From NCBI GenBank assembly GCA_965208575.1, contig CBDBOV010000005.1, forward strand, positions 704,001 to 768,000: 64,000 bases of DNA, in the 5' to 3' direction. Source of the DNA: Spirochaetia bacterium. Lineage in GTDB: Bacteria; Spirochaetota; Spirochaetia; SZUA-6; Bin103. Each line of letters starts with the position of its first letter. The stretch's first letter is position 1. The notes under the pieces are model-generated. The model was given only the letters and a program-made list of their open reading frames with translations. It did not search any database and had not been told where the DNA came from. Position numbers and translations under genes: made by a program. Shown piece after piece: positions 44,806 through 55,479 of this stretch.

Positions 44806-45225
44806 ATGCTGAATCCCAAGCGAGAGAAATATCGCAAGCGGCAGCGTGGCCGCCTGCGCGGCAATGCCACCCGCAAGAACGAAGTCGCGTTCGGCGACTA
44901 CGGCCTGATGGCGCTGGAACCGAAGCTCATCACCAACCGCCAGATCGAGGCGGCGCGTGTCGCGATGACCCGCCACATCAGGCGCGGCGGCAAGGTGTGG
45001 ATCCGCATCTTCCCGGACAAGCCGTACACCAAGAAGCCCGCCGAGACCAGGATGGGGAAGGGCAAGGGCGCGCCGGAATACTGGGTAGCGCCGGTGAAGC
45101 CGGGTACGGTGCTGTTCGAGCTGGCCGGGGTGCCGCGGCAAGCCGCCAGCGAAGCGATCGCGCTCGCGGGGAGCAAGCTGCCGGTGAAGACGAAGCTGCT
45201 GGTACGGCGCAATCTGGAAGCGTGA
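44806..45225 (+). CDS. rplP: 50S ribosomal protein L16
   Basis: [23 protein letters not shown]. Confidence 0.97.
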   Translation: MLNPKREKYRKRQRGRLRGNATRKNEVAFGDYGLMALEPKLITNRQIEAARVAMTRHIRRGGKVWIRIFPDKPYTKKPAETRMGKGKGAPEYWVAPVKPGTVLFELAGVPRQAASEAIALAGSKLPVKTKLLVRRNLEA

Positions 45226-45241
45226 AGCTGGAAGCATGAAG
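45214..45241 (+). repeat. 14-bp tandem duplication of the rplP/rpmC stop-start junction
   Basis: ctggaagcGTGAag / ctggaagcATGAag; creates mini-ORF GTG AAG CTG GAA GCA TGA (45222-45239). Confidence 0.85.
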
Positions 45242-45505
45242 GATTCATTCAACGACCTTTCGTATGGCGAGCTGGTGACCCGCCGGGACGAGATTCGAAA
45301 GCAGTATCGCGACGTGCGATTCAACGTGGTGGTGGGGCACGTCGACAATCCGTTGCTGCTGCGCACGCTGAAACGCAAGCTCGCCCGCCTGAATACGATC
45401 GTGCACGAGTACGACCTGGGAATCCGGCAAACCCGGGCCGGCGACCCCGGTGGCGATCAGGCGGCGGAGCGGGAGCCGGCCGGTGAGGCGGCGGCGAAGG
45501 AGTAA
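45236..45505 (+). CDS. rpmC: 50S ribosomal protein L29 with C-terminal extension
   Basis: RF...GHVDNP..LR.LKR.LARLNT; synteny. Confidence 0.93.
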   Translation: MKDSFNDLSYGELVTRRDEIRKQYRDVRFNVVVGHVDNPLLLRTLKRKLARLNTIVHEYDLGIRQTRAGDPGGDQAAEREPAGEAAAKE

Positions 45506-45523
45506 CATGCGCCGAGGAGAACT

Positions 45524-46168
45524 ATGGACAAGGCGGTAGACAACCCCGAACAGCAGCCCGGCGCGGCGCCGGAAGAGGCGCACGGCGCCGCGGCCGGCAT
45601 GGCCGCCCCGGATGGGGCCGGCGCCGACCAACCGGCGGCGGCCGCGTCCGCGGAGGCGGCCACGGACTCGGCACAGGACGAGCGCGCGGCCGAGCAACGA
45701 GCCGGCAGCGAACCGGAGGTCGGTGCCGAACCGGCGGCGGCCGCTGTCGGCGGGCCGGTGGAGGCAGCTTCCGACCCGGCGGAGGCGTCCGCCAACGCCG
45801 AGCCGCAGACCGCCGCGGCGGCGGCGGTGCCTGCCGAACCGGTGGCCGCCGAACCGGTGGCCCCGGAACCGGTGTTTGACGTGGCGGCGCCCGCGGAAGC
45901 CGGGCCGGCGACGTCCGGCAAGCCGCACAAGCGCGTGCTGACCGGTACCGTGGTCAGCAACGGCAGCGAGCAGAGCGTGGTGATACGCATCGCCCACCGC
46001 AAGAAGCACCGGCTGTACAAGAAGTACCGGACCCTCACCAAGAAGGTGATGGCGCACGATCCGGCGAACGACTGCCGGATCGGCGACCTGGTGCGCGTCA
46101 TCGAGAGTCGCCCGCTGAGCAGGATGAAGCGCTGGCGGCTGGTCGAGATCGTGAAACGGGGCAGTTAG
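45524..46168 (+). CDS. rpsQ: 30S ribosomal protein S17 with ~130-aa Ala/Pro/Glu-rich N-terminal extension
   Basis: C-terminal LTGTVVS...H.LYKK...AHD...[14 protein letters not shown]; GAGGAG RBS before ATG 45524. Confidence 0.93.
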   Translation: MDKAVDNPEQQPGAAPEEAHGAAAGMAAPDGAGADQPAAAASAEAATDSAQDERAAEQRAGSEPEVGAEPAAAAVGGPVEAASDPAEASANAEPQTAAAAAVPAEPVAAEPVAPEPVFDVAAPAEAGPATSGKPHKRVLTGTVVSNGSEQSVVIRIAHRKKHRLYKKYRTLTKKVMAHDPANDCRIGDLVRVIESRPLSRMKRWRLVEIVKRGS

Positions 46169-46194
46169 GACCGGCGGTTGGGGGACGCACAGCC

Positions 46195-46563
46195 ATGGTT
46201 CAGATGATGAGCTACCTGAACGTAGCCGATAACAGCGGCGCCAAGCGCGTGCAGTGTATCAAGATCCTCGGCGGTTCGAAGCGCCGCAGCGCGTCGGTGG
46301 GAGACACCGTCGTGGTCGCGGTCAAGGTGGCGCTGCCGGGCGGCGCCATCCGCAAGGGATCGATGACCCGCGCCGTGGTGGTGCGCACCAGGAAGGAACT
46401 GAAGCGCGACGACGGCACCTACATCCGCTTTGACGACAATGCCTGCGTGCTGGTGGACACCGCCGGCAACCCGGCCGGCAAGCGCGTGTTCGGGCCGGTG
46501 GCCCGTGAGTTGCGCGAACGCGACTACATGAAGATCGTGTCGCTGGCCCCGGAGGTGTTGTAG
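46195..46563 (+). CDS. rplN: 50S ribosomal protein L14
   Basis: [25 protein letters not shown]. Confidence 0.98.
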   Translation: MVQMMSYLNVADNSGAKRVQCIKILGGSKRRSASVGDTVVVAVKVALPGGAIRKGSMTRAVVVRTRKELKRDDGTYIRFDDNACVLVDTAGNPAGKRVFGPVARELRERDYMKIVSLAPEVL

Positions 46564-46884
46564 ATGGCGGCCGGCAACAAGCTGAAAACCGGAGACCTGG
46601 TGCGCATCGTGAGCGGACGCTCACGCGGGCGCGAGGGCAGAATACTGCGCCTCGACCGGACCCGTGGACGGGTGTGGATCGAGGGCGCCAACATGGTCAA
46701 GAAGGCGGTGCGGTCGAAGAACCCCAATCAGCCCCAGCAAGGCGGCCTGACCGACGTCGAGGCGAGCGTGAGCTGGGCCAACGTGATGATCGTGTGCCGC
46801 AAGTGCGGCATCGCCCGCGTCGGTTACGATACGAGCGGCGCGGACAAGGTTCGCGTCTGCCGCAAGTGTGGAGAATCGCTGTGA
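46564..46884 (+). CDS. rplX: 50S ribosomal protein L24
   Basis: KOW motif GD.V.IVSG..RG..G, IEG.N..KK. Confidence 0.95.
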   Translation: MAAGNKLKTGDLVRIVSGRSRGREGRILRLDRTRGRVWIEGANMVKKAVRSKNPNQPQQGGLTDVEASVSWANVMIVCRKCGIARVGYDTSGADKVRVCRKCGESL

Positions 46885-47477
46885 GTAAGCGCAAGGCTCC
46901 GAAACAAGCGGCGCCCGCCGGCTACGTGCCGCGCCTGAAGGCGCGCTATCGGGCCCAGGTCGCGGGCGCCCTGAACGAGGAATTCGGCTACGACTCGGTC
47001 ATGCAGACCCCCAGGCTGGCGAAGATCGTGGTCAGCGCGGGCGTCGGCGAGGCGGTCAACAACAAGAGACTGCTCGATACCGCCGTCGCTGAACTCACCC
47101 AGATCTCCGGGCTGCGCGCGGTCCGCACCACGGCCCGAAAGTCGATAGCGGCATTCAAGATACGCCAGGGCATGGAGATCGGCGTGATGGTCACGCTGCG
47201 CGGCGACCGCATGTACGAATTCCTCGACCGCCTGGTGAGCGTGGCGATCCCGCGCATCAAGGACTTCCGCGGCTGCAGTACGCGCGCCTTCGACGGCCAC
47301 GGCAACTACTCCATGGGGGTCGACGACCAGACCATCTTTCCGGAGATCGACTATGACAAGGTGGAGCGCGTTACCGGGCTCAACATCGCGATCGTGACAA
47401 CCGCGGATACCGACCGCGAGGCGCGCAGCCTGCTCGCTGCGCTTGGCATGCCATTCCAACGGCCGGAGGCGAATTAA
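46881..47477 (+). CDS. rplE: 50S ribosomal protein L5
   Basis: [38 protein letters not shown]. Confidence 0.96.
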   Translation: MSKRKAPKQAAPAGYVPRLKARYRAQVAGALNEEFGYDSVMQTPRLAKIVVSAGVGEAVNNKRLLDTAVAELTQISGLRAVRTTARKSIAAFKIRQGMEIGVMVTLRGDRMYEFLDRLVSVAIPRIKDFRGCSTRAFDGHGNYSMGVDDQTIFPEIDYDKVERVTGLNIAIVTTADTDREARSLLAALGMPFQRPEAN

Positions 47478-47478
47478 C

Positions 47479-47664
47479 GTGGCCCGCAAGAGTCTTATCG
47501 TGAAAGCAGGGCGCAAGCCCAAGTACCGGGTCCGGGCGGTAAATCGCTGCCGGCTGTGTGGCCGGGCACGCGGTTATATGCGTAAATTCGAACTCTGTCG
47601 GATTTGCTTCCGCAACCTTGCGAGTGCCGGCAAGATACCCGGAGTGACCAAATCAAGTTGGTAG
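47479..47664 (+). CDS. rpsN: 30S ribosomal protein S14 (type Z)
   Basis: [28 protein letters not shown]. Confidence 0.96.
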   Translation: MARKSLIVKAGRKPKYRVRAVNRCRLCGRARGYMRKFELCRICFRNLASAGKIPGVTKSSW

Positions 47665-47677
47665 AGGACAGGATACG

Positions 47678-48076
47678 ATGGCGGTAACCGACCCGATAGC
47701 CGACATGCTCGCGAAGATCAAGAACGCGAGCAGCGCCGGCCACGAGAGCGTCAACATCCGGCCTTCTCGAATGAAGCTCGAGATCATCAAGATTCTCAAG
47801 ATCGAGGGGTATATCAGGAACTTCAAGAAGGTCAACGCAGACGGCCACACCAGCATCTGCGTGTTCCTGAAGTACGACGGCAAGCAGGAGCCGATCATCC
47901 AGGGTATTCAGCGGGTGTCCAAGCCGGGGCGGCGCATCTACTCCGGTTATCGCGACATGCCGCGCGTATTCAACGGCTACGGCACGCTGGTGGTTTCCAC
48001 CTCGTCCGGCGTCACCACCGGGCGCCGCGCGCGCGAGCGGAAGGCCGGCGGCGAGCTGCTCTGTACGGTCTGGTAG
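47678..48076 (+). CDS. rpsH: 30S ribosomal protein S8
   Basis: [26 protein letters not shown]. Confidence 0.97.
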   Translation: MAVTDPIADMLAKIKNASSAGHESVNIRPSRMKLEIIKILKIEGYIRNFKKVNADGHTSICVFLKYDGKQEPIIQGIQRVSKPGRRIYSGYRDMPRVFNGYGTLVVSTSSGVTTGRRARERKAGGELLCTVW

Positions 48077-48078
48077 CG

Positions 48079-48624
48079 ATGTCACGCGTTGGGGTAGTGC
48101 CGGTCGCCGTGCCGTCCGGCGTGAAGGTGGAAGTAAAGGGCAACCGGTTCGCGGCCACCGGTCCGAAGGGGTCGCTGCAGCTTCAGACCACCGGCAACAT
48201 CAGCGTCACGGTGGAGGACAGCCAGGTTACCGTGACACGCGGCGACAACGCACAGCGCAACAGGGCACTGCACGGACTGTACCGCAAGCTGATCGCCAAC
48301 ATGGTAACCGGCGTTTCGACCGGTTTCAGCAAGGTGCTGGTGATCAATGGGGTCGGTTACCGGGCCGAGGTCAAGGGCAGTACGCTGGTGCTCAACCTCG
48401 GATACTCGAATCCGATCGAATACCCGATTCGCGACGGTGTGACCGTCGATGCCGCCGGCGGCACCCGCATTACCGTGTCCGGCGCCGACCGGCAGGTGGT
48501 GGGCCAGGTGGCCGCCGAGATCCGCGGGTTCCGGCCTCCCGAACCCTACAAGGGCAAGGGCGTGCGGTACGAGAACGAGTTCGTTCGCCGCAAGGCGGGC
48601 AAGGCGATGGGAGGTACGGCATGA
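48079..48624 (+). CDS. rplF: 50S ribosomal protein L6
   Basis: GVGYRA, RPPEPYKGKGVRY. Confidence 0.97.
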   Translation: MSRVGVVPVAVPSGVKVEVKGNRFAATGPKGSLQLQTTGNISVTVEDSQVTVTRGDNAQRNRALHGLYRKLIANMVTGVSTGFSKVLVINGVGYRAEVKGSTLVLNLGYSNPIEYPIRDGVTVDAAGGTRITVSGADRQVVGQVAAEIRGFRPPEPYKGKGVRYENEFVRRKAGKAMGGTA

Positions 48625-49004
48625 GTGGCAGCCGCAGGGCTTCGCATGGCGGCGCGCATCCGAAGCGGCGCCGCTGGCTGCGCCGTAAACAGAGCATTCG
48701 CAAGCGGATTCGCGGCACCGCCGAGCGGCCGCGGCTGACCGTGTACAAGAGCAACTGCTACACCTACGCGCAGGCGATCGACGACCAGCGCGGTCACACG
48801 CTGGTGTCGGCATCGAGCCGTGACGCCGAGTTGCGCGACGCCGGCAGCCGGGTCGCCGGCGCCGGCAAGCTGGGCCTGCTGGTCGGCGAGCGCTTGCGCC
48901 GGCACGGCGTCTCCGAGGTGGTGTTCGATCGCAACGGATATCCGTATCACGGCCGGGTTCGCTCGCTCGCGGAAGGCGTGCGCGAGGCCGGGATAAACCT
49001 TTAG
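48621..49004 (+). CDS. rplR: 50S ribosomal protein L18
   Basis: [26 protein letters not shown]. Confidence 0.97.
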   Translation: MSGSRRASHGGAHPKRRRWLRRKQSIRKRIRGTAERPRLTVYKSNCYTYAQAIDDQRGHTLVSASSRDAELRDAGSRVAGAGKLGLLVGERLRRHGVSEVVFDRNGYPYHGRVRSLAEGVREAGINL

Positions 49005-49026
49005 GTTAGGTGCGGGGAAAAAGAGA

Positions 49027-49590
49027 ATGAGTAGCCGATCAACAGGTGGTCGATCCATGGGTGGCCGGCCGGCGGGAGGCCGATCGGGCGGCCGCGGCTT
49101 CGGCGACCGTCGCGACGACATGTTCGAGAAGCTGGTGCGCCTGAACCGCATCGCCAAGGTGGTGAAGGGGGGACGCCGGTTCTCCTTCTCGGCGCTGGTG
49201 GTGGTCGGCGACCGCAAGGGCCGCGTCGGTTACGGATTCGGCAAGGCCAACTACGTCGCTGACGCCATCCGCAAGAGCAGCGAGCGGGCGCGCCGCAACA
49301 TGGTTGCCGTGCCGCGCCGCAAGACCACCCTGCCGCATGCCGTGAACGGGCGGTTCAAGGGCTCCAACGTGCTGCTTCGTCCGGCGGCGCCCGGCACCGG
49401 CATCATCGCCGGCGGACCGGTGCGTGCGGTGATGGAGGCGGCCGGGATCACCGACATCCTGAGCAAGTCGTTGGGGTCGCAGAATTCGATGAACATCGTG
49501 AAGGCGGTGTTCGCCGGATTCGACCACCTGATGGACGCGCGTACGCTCGCCGCCAATCGCGGCAAGCCCGTGCGCGAGCTGTGGGGATGA
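49027..49590 (+). CDS. rpsE: 30S ribosomal protein S5
   Basis: [31 protein letters not shown]. Confidence 0.97.
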   Translation: MSSRSTGGRSMGGRPAGGRSGGRGFGDRRDDMFEKLVRLNRIAKVVKGGRRFSFSALVVVGDRKGRVGYGFGKANYVADAIRKSSERARRNMVAVPRRKTTLPHAVNGRFKGSNVLLRPAAPGTGIIAGGPVRAVMEAAGITDILSKSLGSQNSMNIVKAVFAGFDHLMDARTLAANRGKPVRELWG

Positions 49591-49805
49591 GCATGGCGCA
49601 GCCGGGCACCTCCGCAGACACCATTCGCGTGCGCCTGACACGCAGTCCGCTCGGCAGCAAGCCGCGCCACCGCCGCACGCTTGCCGCCCTCGGATTGCGT
49701 CGCGTGGGCAGCAGCGTACGCCATGCCGCGACGCCGGACATCCTCGGCATGGTCAAGCAGGTGTCGTACCTGCTGACCGTGGAGCCGGCGGGAGAGGATA
49801 CGTGA
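49587..49805 (+). CDS. rpmD: 50S ribosomal protein L30
   Basis: L.RS..G......TL.ALGLRR, GMVKQV..L. Confidence 0.93.
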   Translation: MSMAQPGTSADTIRVRLTRSPLGSKPRHRRTLAALGLRRVGSSVRHAATPDILGMVKQVSYLLTVEPAGEDT

Positions 49806-50341
49806 CGGGGACGCAGCGGGACGCTTCGAGGGTGTACGCCTCGATCGACGGTCCGCGCCGGCCGGCCGGCGCCACGCGCGCGCGGCGCGTGGTCGGGCGC
49901 GGTGCCGGCAGCGGCCGCGGCGGTACCGCGGGACGCGGCACCAAGGGGCAGAACTCGCGCTCCGGCGGCGGCGTTCGCCCCGGCTTCGAGGGCGGCCAGA
50001 TGCCGCTCTACCGGCGCGTGGCACGGCGCGGATTCTCCAACAAGCGATTTCGCGTCGAGTACCAGGTACTCAATGTCGCGGCGCTTGCCGGCTTCGAGGA
50101 CGGCGCGGTGGTGACCCCGCGGTCGCTCGCCGAGCGCGGCCTGATCAAGTCCGCGGCGGCGGCCGTGAAGCTGCTCGGCGACGGCGCCGTCGATCGCCGG
50201 CTCGAGGTGCAGGTGACGCGCGTATCCGAAAGCGCACGCCGCAAGATCGAGGCGGCCGGCGGCCGCGTAACCCTGGTCGCGGCGCCGGCAACCGAGGTGT
50301 CGTCCGGCAGCGCACCGGCGGGCGCGGGCTCAGCGGAGTAG
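49802..50341 (+). CDS. rplO: 50S ribosomal protein L15
   Basis: GRG.GSG.G.TAGRG.KGQ.SR, GFEGGQMPLYRR. Confidence 0.96.
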   Translation: MTGTQRDASRVYASIDGPRRPAGATRARRVVGRGAGSGRGGTAGRGTKGQNSRSGGGVRPGFEGGQMPLYRRVARRGFSNKRFRVEYQVLNVAALAGFEDGAVVTPRSLAERGLIKSAAAAVKLLGDGAVDRRLEVQVTRVSESARRKIEAAGGRVTLVAAPATEVSSGSAPAGAGSAE

Positions 50342-50343
50342 GC

Positions 50344-51666
50344 GTGGCATCGAATCCAATCGTCGACATCTTCCGGATCAAGGACCTGCGCGACCGAATC
50401 CTGTTCACGGTGGCGATGCTGCTGGTGTTCCGGCTCGGCGCGGTGCTTCCCATCCCGGGCGTCAACGTGACCGCGCTCAACGCCTTCTTCACCGCCCAGC
50501 AGAGTTCGGGGACGGTCGGCATCACCGACTACTTCGACTTCTTCTCGGGGGGCGCGTTTACCAACTTCTCGATCTTCATGCTCGGCATCGTGCCCTACAT
50601 CACCACCTCGATCATCATGCAGCTCCTGCTGATGGTGTTTCCGAAGCTGAAGAAGATCTCCGAGGAGGAGGGCGGACGGAAGCGCATCCAGCGCTATACC
50701 CGCTACGGCACCGTGTTCGTGTGCCTGGTGCAGTCGTTCACCGTTACCGAGTTTGCCAACTCCATTCCCGACGCCATCACCATGGCACGGGTGCCGTACA
50801 CGATCATTGCCATGATCACGGTGACGGCGGGGACCGTTTTCCTGATGTGGGTGGGTGAGCAGATTACCCAGCGCGGCATCGGCAACGGCATTTCGCTGCT
50901 CATCTTCGCCGGCATCGTGGCACGCATCCCGAATGCCATCTGGATCATCATCACGCAGATCCAGCGGCAGGACCTCAACCCGGTATACGCCATCGTGGTG
51001 TTCGGCGTGTTCGTCGGCGTGATCGCACTGATCGTCTATGAGCAGCAAGGGCAGCGGCGCATTCCGGTCAATTACGCCAAGCGGGTAGTCGGACGGCGCG
51101 TGTACGGCGCGCAAAACGCGTACCTGCCGTTCAAGATCAACCCGTCCGGTGTCATTCCGGTGATCTTCGCCTCCTCGGTGCTGATCTTCCCGCTGCAGAT
51201 TGCGCAGAATCTCGGCAGCAGCCAGCCATGGCTGTCCCGGTTCGCCTCCTGGCTGCGTCCGGACGGGCTGCCGCATGTCATCGTGTATGCGGTGCTGATC
51301 GTGTTCTTCGCCTACTTCTACACCCAGGTCACGCTCAACCCGGTGGAGATTGCCCGCCAGATTCGGGAGAACGGTGGCTCCATCCGCGGCATCAGCTCGG
51401 ACAACATGCGCGCCTATTTGACGCGCATACTGAATCGCATCATCTTACCGGGAGCGTTGTTCCTGGCGTTCATCGCGATCATTCCCTCGATCATCCAGGC
51501 GCTGTTCTCGTTTCCGTCGTCGGTGGCCTTCCTCATGGGCGGTACTTCGCTGCTCATCATGGTGGGCGTCGACCTCGACACCATGAGTCAGATCGAGGGG
51601 CACCTGCGCATGCACCACCACGAGGGACTGACCAAGAAGGGACGCATCCGGTCGCGGAATCTGTGA
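50344..51666 (+). CDS. secY: Preprotein translocase subunit SecY
   Basis: [50 protein letters not shown]. Confidence 0.97.
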   Translation: MASNPIVDIFRIKDLRDRILFTVAMLLVFRLGAVLPIPGVNVTALNAFFTAQQSSGTVGITDYFDFFSGGAFTNFSIFMLGIVPYITTSIIMQLLLMVFPKLKKISEEEGGRKRIQRYTRYGTVFVCLVQSFTVTEFANSIPDAITMARVPYTIIAMITVTAGTVFLMWVGEQITQRGIGNGISLLIFAGIVARIPNAIWIIITQIQRQDLNPVYAIVVFGVFVGVIALIVYEQQGQRRIPVNYAKRVVGRRVYGAQNAYLPFKINPSGVIPVIFASSVLIFPLQIAQNLGSSQPWLSRFASWLRPDGLPHVIVYAVLIVFFAYFYTQVTLNPVEIARQIRENGGSIRGISSDNMRAYLTRILNRIILPGALFLAFIAIIPSIIQALFSFPSSVAFLMGGTSLLIMVGVDLDTMSQIEGHLRMHHHEGLTKKGRIRSRNL

Positions 51667-51680
51667 GGTGGGGAGTTGAA

Positions 51681-51797
51681 ATGAAGGTACGCGTGAGCGT
51701 GAAGAAAATGTGCAACCGGTGCAAAGTGATCCGGCGGCGCGGGGTGGTGCGGGTAATCTGCACCAACCCCAAGCATAAACAGCGGCAACGCGGCTGA
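51681..51797 (+). CDS. rpmJ: 50S ribosomal protein L36
   Basis: [38 protein letters not shown]. Confidence 0.96.
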   Translation: MKVRVSVKKMCNRCKVIRRRGVVRVICTNPKHKQRQRG

Positions 51798-51822
51798 TCC
51801 GCGGGCGCACAAGGGGGCTTTC

Positions 51823-52203
51823 GTGGCACGTATAGCGGGAATCGACCTGCCCAACAAACACGTGGATATCGCGCTGACCTACATCTTCGGGATCGGGCGT
51901 TCGGCGGCGACTGCGATCTGCGCTACGGTCGGCATCGATCCGGGCACGCGCATGAACGACCTGACCGCGGACGAGATTACCCGGCTGCGGCAGGTCATCG
52001 AGAACGACTACCAGGTGGAGGGCCGGCTCCGCACCGAGGTGTCGATGAACATCAAGCGATTGATGGACATCGGCTGCTACCGCGGAATTCGCCATCGCCG
52101 CGGCCTGCCGGTGCGCGGCCAGCGGACACGTACCAACGCAAGGATTCGAAAGGGCAAGCGGAAGACGGTCGCCGGCAAGCGCAAGGCGCCGGCCGCGAAG
52201 TAA
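51823..52203 (+). CDS. rpsM: 30S ribosomal protein S13
   Basis: [30 protein letters not shown]. Confidence 0.97.
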   Translation: MARIAGIDLPNKHVDIALTYIFGIGRSAATAICATVGIDPGTRMNDLTADEITRLRQVIENDYQVEGRLRTEVSMNIKRLMDIGCYRGIRHRRGLPVRGQRTRTNARIRKGKRKTVAGKRKAPAAK

Positions 52204-52248
52204 CGCGCGGCGGAGCGTGGCCGGCGAACCGGACAAAACGGAGAGAGA

Positions 52249-52620
52249 GTGGCAAAACGATCAGCAAGAAGACAGGTCAGCAGGGGCAACGTCTATATCC
52301 AGGCTACCTTCAACAACACCATCATCACGATTACCGACCTGACCGGCGATGCCGTGTCGTGGGCGTCGGCCGGATCTCTGGGGTTTCGAGGGGCAAAGAA
52401 ATCGACGCCTTTTGCCGCTCAGACCACCGCGGAGACGGCGGCGCGAAAGGCGATGGAGTACGGTCTGCAGGAAGTGAGTGTGTACGTGAAGGGCCCCGGC
52501 GGCGGCGGCGAGTCCGCCATCCGCTCGCTCGGCGCCCTCGGACTGCGGGTTCGGGCAATACGCAACGTTACCCCGATCCCCCACAACGGTTGCCGTCCGC
52601 AGAAGAAGCGGCGCGTGTGA
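52249..52620 (+). CDS. rpsK: 30S ribosomal protein S11
   Basis: [26 protein letters not shown]. Confidence 0.97.
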   Translation: MAKRSARRQVSRGNVYIQATFNNTIITITDLTGDAVSWASAGSLGFRGAKKSTPFAAQTTAETAARKAMEYGLQEVSVYVKGPGGGGESAIRSLGALGLRVRAIRNVTPIPHNGCRPQKKRRV

Positions 52621-52632
52621 GGAGGCCAAATC

Positions 52633-53268
52633 ATGGGTAGGTACCTGGGACCGGCCTGCCGGTTGTGTCGCGTCGAGGGCGTCAAGTTGTTTCTCAAGGG
52701 AGATCGGTGTCACGGCCCCAAGTGCCAGATCACCAAGCGCAAGGGCAAGCCCGGCAAGGCTCCGCGCGCGCGCATGCAGAAGGTATCCGACTTCGGCGTG
52801 CAGATGCGTGAGAAGCAGAAGGTGAAGCGGATGTACGGGATGTTCGAGCGGCAATTCCGGGGCTTTTTCCAGAAGGCCTCCCGCGAACGCGGCGTGACCG
52901 GCGAGAATCTGATCCGGCTGCTGGAAAAGCGGCTCGACAACATTGTCTACCGGCTGCACTTTGCGGCGTCTCGCAAGCAGGCCCGGCAACTGGTATCGCA
53001 CGGGCACATCCTCGTGAACGGCAAGCGGGTCACCATCCCGTCCTACCTGGTGCGCGAAAACGACACCATCTCGGTGCATGAACGCGCGAAGCGAATGACG
53101 GTGATCAAGGATGGTCTCAAGGAGTATTCGCGCGCCGGAGTGGTGCCCTGGCTGGCGGTGGACCCGGACGCTCTGACCGGGTCGGTGCGGGGGATACCGC
53201 AGCGCGGCGATATCGCGGACCTTGCCGGGGTCAACGAGCAGCTCATTGTCGAGCTGTATTCGAAGTAG
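52633..53268 (+). CDS. rpsD: 30S ribosomal protein S4
   Basis: EKQKVKR.YG, LEKRLDNIVYR, ARQLVSHGH, IVELYSK. Confidence 0.97.
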   Translation: MGRYLGPACRLCRVEGVKLFLKGDRCHGPKCQITKRKGKPGKAPRARMQKVSDFGVQMREKQKVKRMYGMFERQFRGFFQKASRERGVTGENLIRLLEKRLDNIVYRLHFAASRKQARQLVSHGHILVNGKRVTIPSYLVRENDTISVHERAKRMTVIKDGLKEYSRAGVVPWLAVDPDALTGSVRGIPQRGDIADLAGVNEQLIVELYSK

Positions 53269-53274
53269 GTAGGT

Positions 53275-54453
53275 ATGGGACGACGGAGTCTGTTGAAAGG
53301 GCTCAAACGACCCAAGGGCATCACGTTCGAGCACGGCGAGGTAGGTCGCAACTTCGGGCGCTTCATCGCGTACCCGTTCGAGCGCGGCTACGGAGTCACG
53401 GTCGGCAACACGTTGCGCCGGATCTTGCTGTCGTCGATTCAGGGCTACGCGGTTACCGCCATTCACGTAACGAGCTACGATGCGGATCAGGTGCCGCACG
53501 TCCTGTCGAGCGAATTCGACTCGATTCCCGACGTGGTCGAGGACACCCCCGACTTCATCAACCAGCTCAAGCACCTGAAGCTGTCCCTGGCCGACGATCT
53601 CGAAGAGAAGACCATCCTCATGGAGGTTCAGGGACCCGGTGAGATCACCGGCGTGAACCTTGCCAACGACCAGCAGGTAAGGGTGCTCAACCCGGAACTG
53701 AAGCTGGCGACGCTGATGGAGGGCGCCAACCTCGCCATCGAGGTTCAAATCGAGCTCGGCCGCGGATACGTCCCCGCGGAGCGCCAGGAGCGCTATATCC
53801 AGGTGGTTGGGACGATCGCGGTGGACGCCATGTACTCGCCGATCCTGAAGGCGCGGTATTCGGTGGAGAACACGAGGGTCGGCCAGCGCACCGACTACGA
53901 CAAGCTGATTCTGGAGATTACCACCGATGGATCGGTGGCGCCCGAGGATGCGCTCGCCGAGGCCGCCAAGATCGCCAAGGATCAGTTCACCATCTTCATC
54001 AACTTCGACGAGGACGACGGCAGCGACGAGGACGCGTACGATGAGCATGACGAACTCGTCCGCTCACTGATGGAGACGCCGGTGGAGGAGCTCGAGCTCT
54101 CGGTGCGCTCCAGCAATTGCCTTCGGAACGCGAACATCCGGACCATCGGCGATCTGGTCGCCAGAACCGAAGAGGAGATCGCGAAGACCCGGAACTTCGG
54201 CAAGAAGTCGCTCGACGAGATCAAGTCGAAGCTCGCCGAGCGCAACCTGCGCCTCGGGATCGGCAACGTCGAGGAAGTCAAGACCGAATTCGACGGCGAG
54301 GATGTCGGCGATCCGTCCGCGCCCGACGATGCGCCCGACGATGCGCCGGACAGTGTTGCGCCGGACAGTGTTGCGCCGGATGGTGCACCGGAGATGGACG
54401 CGGCGCCGGACGAAGCGGCGGCCGCTGCCGACAGCGGGACCAATGAAGCATAG
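53275..54453 (+). CDS. rpoA: RNA polymerase alpha subunit with repetitive acidic C-terminal tail
   Basis: PFERGYGVTVGNTLRRILLSS, TRVGQRTDYDKL, LELSVRSSNCL, NFGKKSL. Confidence 0.97.
   Translation: MGRRSLLKGLKRPKGITFEHGEVGRNFGRFIAYPFERGYGVTVGNTLRRILLSSIQGYAVTAIHVTSYDADQVPHVLSSEFDSIPDVVEDTPDFINQLKHLKLSLADDLEEKTILMEVQGPGEITGVNLANDQQVRVLNPELKLATLMEGANLAIEVQIELGRGYVPAERQERYIQVVGTIAVDAMYSPILKARYSVENTRVGQRTDYDKLILEITTDGSVAPEDALAEAAKIAKDQFTIFINFDEDDGSDEDAYDEHDELVRSLMETPVEELELSVRSSNCLRNANIRTIGDLVARTEEEIAKTRNFGKKSLDEIKSKLAERNLRLGIGNVEEVKTEFDGEDVGDPSAPDDAPDDAPDSVAPDSVAPDGAPEMDAAPDEAAAAADSGTNEA
54319..54414 (+). repeat. In-frame 12/15-bp tandem repeats in the rpoA tail
   Basis: gcgcccgacgat x2, gcgccggacagtgtt x2 and degenerate units (APDD APDD APDSV APDSV APDG APEMD AAPDE). 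Confidence 0.9.
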
Positions 54454-54823
54454 AAACGACATCAACCGCCTCGATCGCAAGGCGAGTCACCGGCGCGCCC
54501 TGCATCGCAGCATGGTGACCGCGCTGTTTCGCTACGAGCGCATTCGTACCACCAGGGCCAAGGCGAGGGAAATCGCGCGCACGGCGGAACGGTTGATCAC
54601 CCGTGCCCGGGTGGACAGCGTGCACAACCGGCGCCAGGTGGCGCGCAGCGTGCCCGACAAGGAGATCCTGGCCAAGTTGTTCGACGAGATAGCCGGCCGC
54701 TTCCGCGATCGCCCGGGCGGCTATACCAGGCGAGTGAAGCTGGGCCAGCGCTATGGAGACGCCACCGAGATGGTGCTCCTGGAACTGGTCGAGCGGAGTG
54801 AGGACTCCGACACGGGGGAGTGA
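54443..54823 (+). CDS. rplQ: 50S ribosomal protein L17
   Basis: MKHR...L.R..SHRRAL, I.TT..KA.E, RPGGYTR, GDA.EM..LEL. Confidence 0.96.
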   Translation: MKHRNDINRLDRKASHRRALHRSMVTALFRYERIRTTRAKAREIARTAERLITRARVDSVHNRRQVARSVPDKEILAKLFDEIAGRFRDRPGGYTRRVKLGQRYGDATEMVLLELVERSEDSDTGE

Positions 54824-54887
54824 CCGCAGGCGCGCGGTCGCGTAACCTGCCGGCGGCTCGGGGCGGCGGCTCTCGTGCGGCGCCCCC

Positions 54888-55478
54888 TTGACCGACTGGC
54901 TCGACCGGCGGGTTTCGGCGCGGGCGTTGCTGGCGTGGGTGTGTCTGACGGCGCCGTCCATGCTGGTTGCGAGCACTCCGGCGGTGCGCGCGGCGCAGTT
55001 GGCGCTGCTGGTCATCGTCGCACTCAGCACGGGGCGCAGCATTCGCACTGCGCGGACCGTGCTGTTTTTCGCCGCGGTGGTGGCGTTCAACCTGGTGACA
55101 CCGGGCGGGCGTGTGCTGGCTGCGCCGGCCGGCATTCCGATCACTGCCGGCGCGCTGGAGGTCGGACTCGCCAAGGCGTTCGGGCTGACCGGTCTGCTGC
55201 TGCTCTCCAAGATAGGAATACGGCGCGATCTGCGCCTGCCGGGGCGCGCGGGACACCTGCTCGACCTCACGCTGGCCTACGTGCGCGCGTTTCTCGCGGC
55301 CGACGTGAAGCTGCTCGCGCGCGACCCGGTCGGACGCCTCGACAACCTGCTGTGCGAGGTGCAGCGCGAAGTGGATGCCGCCCCGGACACCACTCCAACG
55401 CCGCCGACGCCGCTGGGCGTCGCCGTCCTGACCGCTCTGCTGGCGGCGAGCTGGGCAGCCGTGCTGGTGGGGAATTAG
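54888..55478 (+). CDS. Hypothetical integral membrane protein (ECF T-component-like)
   Basis: About 5 hydrophobic segments; FNL..P.GRVL....IT.GAL..GL pattern; family call tentative. Confidence 0.55.
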   Translation: MTDWLDRRVSARALLAWVCLTAPSMLVASTPAVRAAQLALLVIVALSTGRSIRTARTVLFFAAVVAFNLVTPGGRVLAAPAGIPITAGALEVGLAKAFGLTGLLLLSKIGIRRDLRLPGRAGHLLDLTLAYVRAFLAADVKLLARDPVGRLDNLLCEVQREVDAAPDTTPTPPTPLGVAVLTALLAASWAAVLVGN

Positions 55479-55479
55479 C

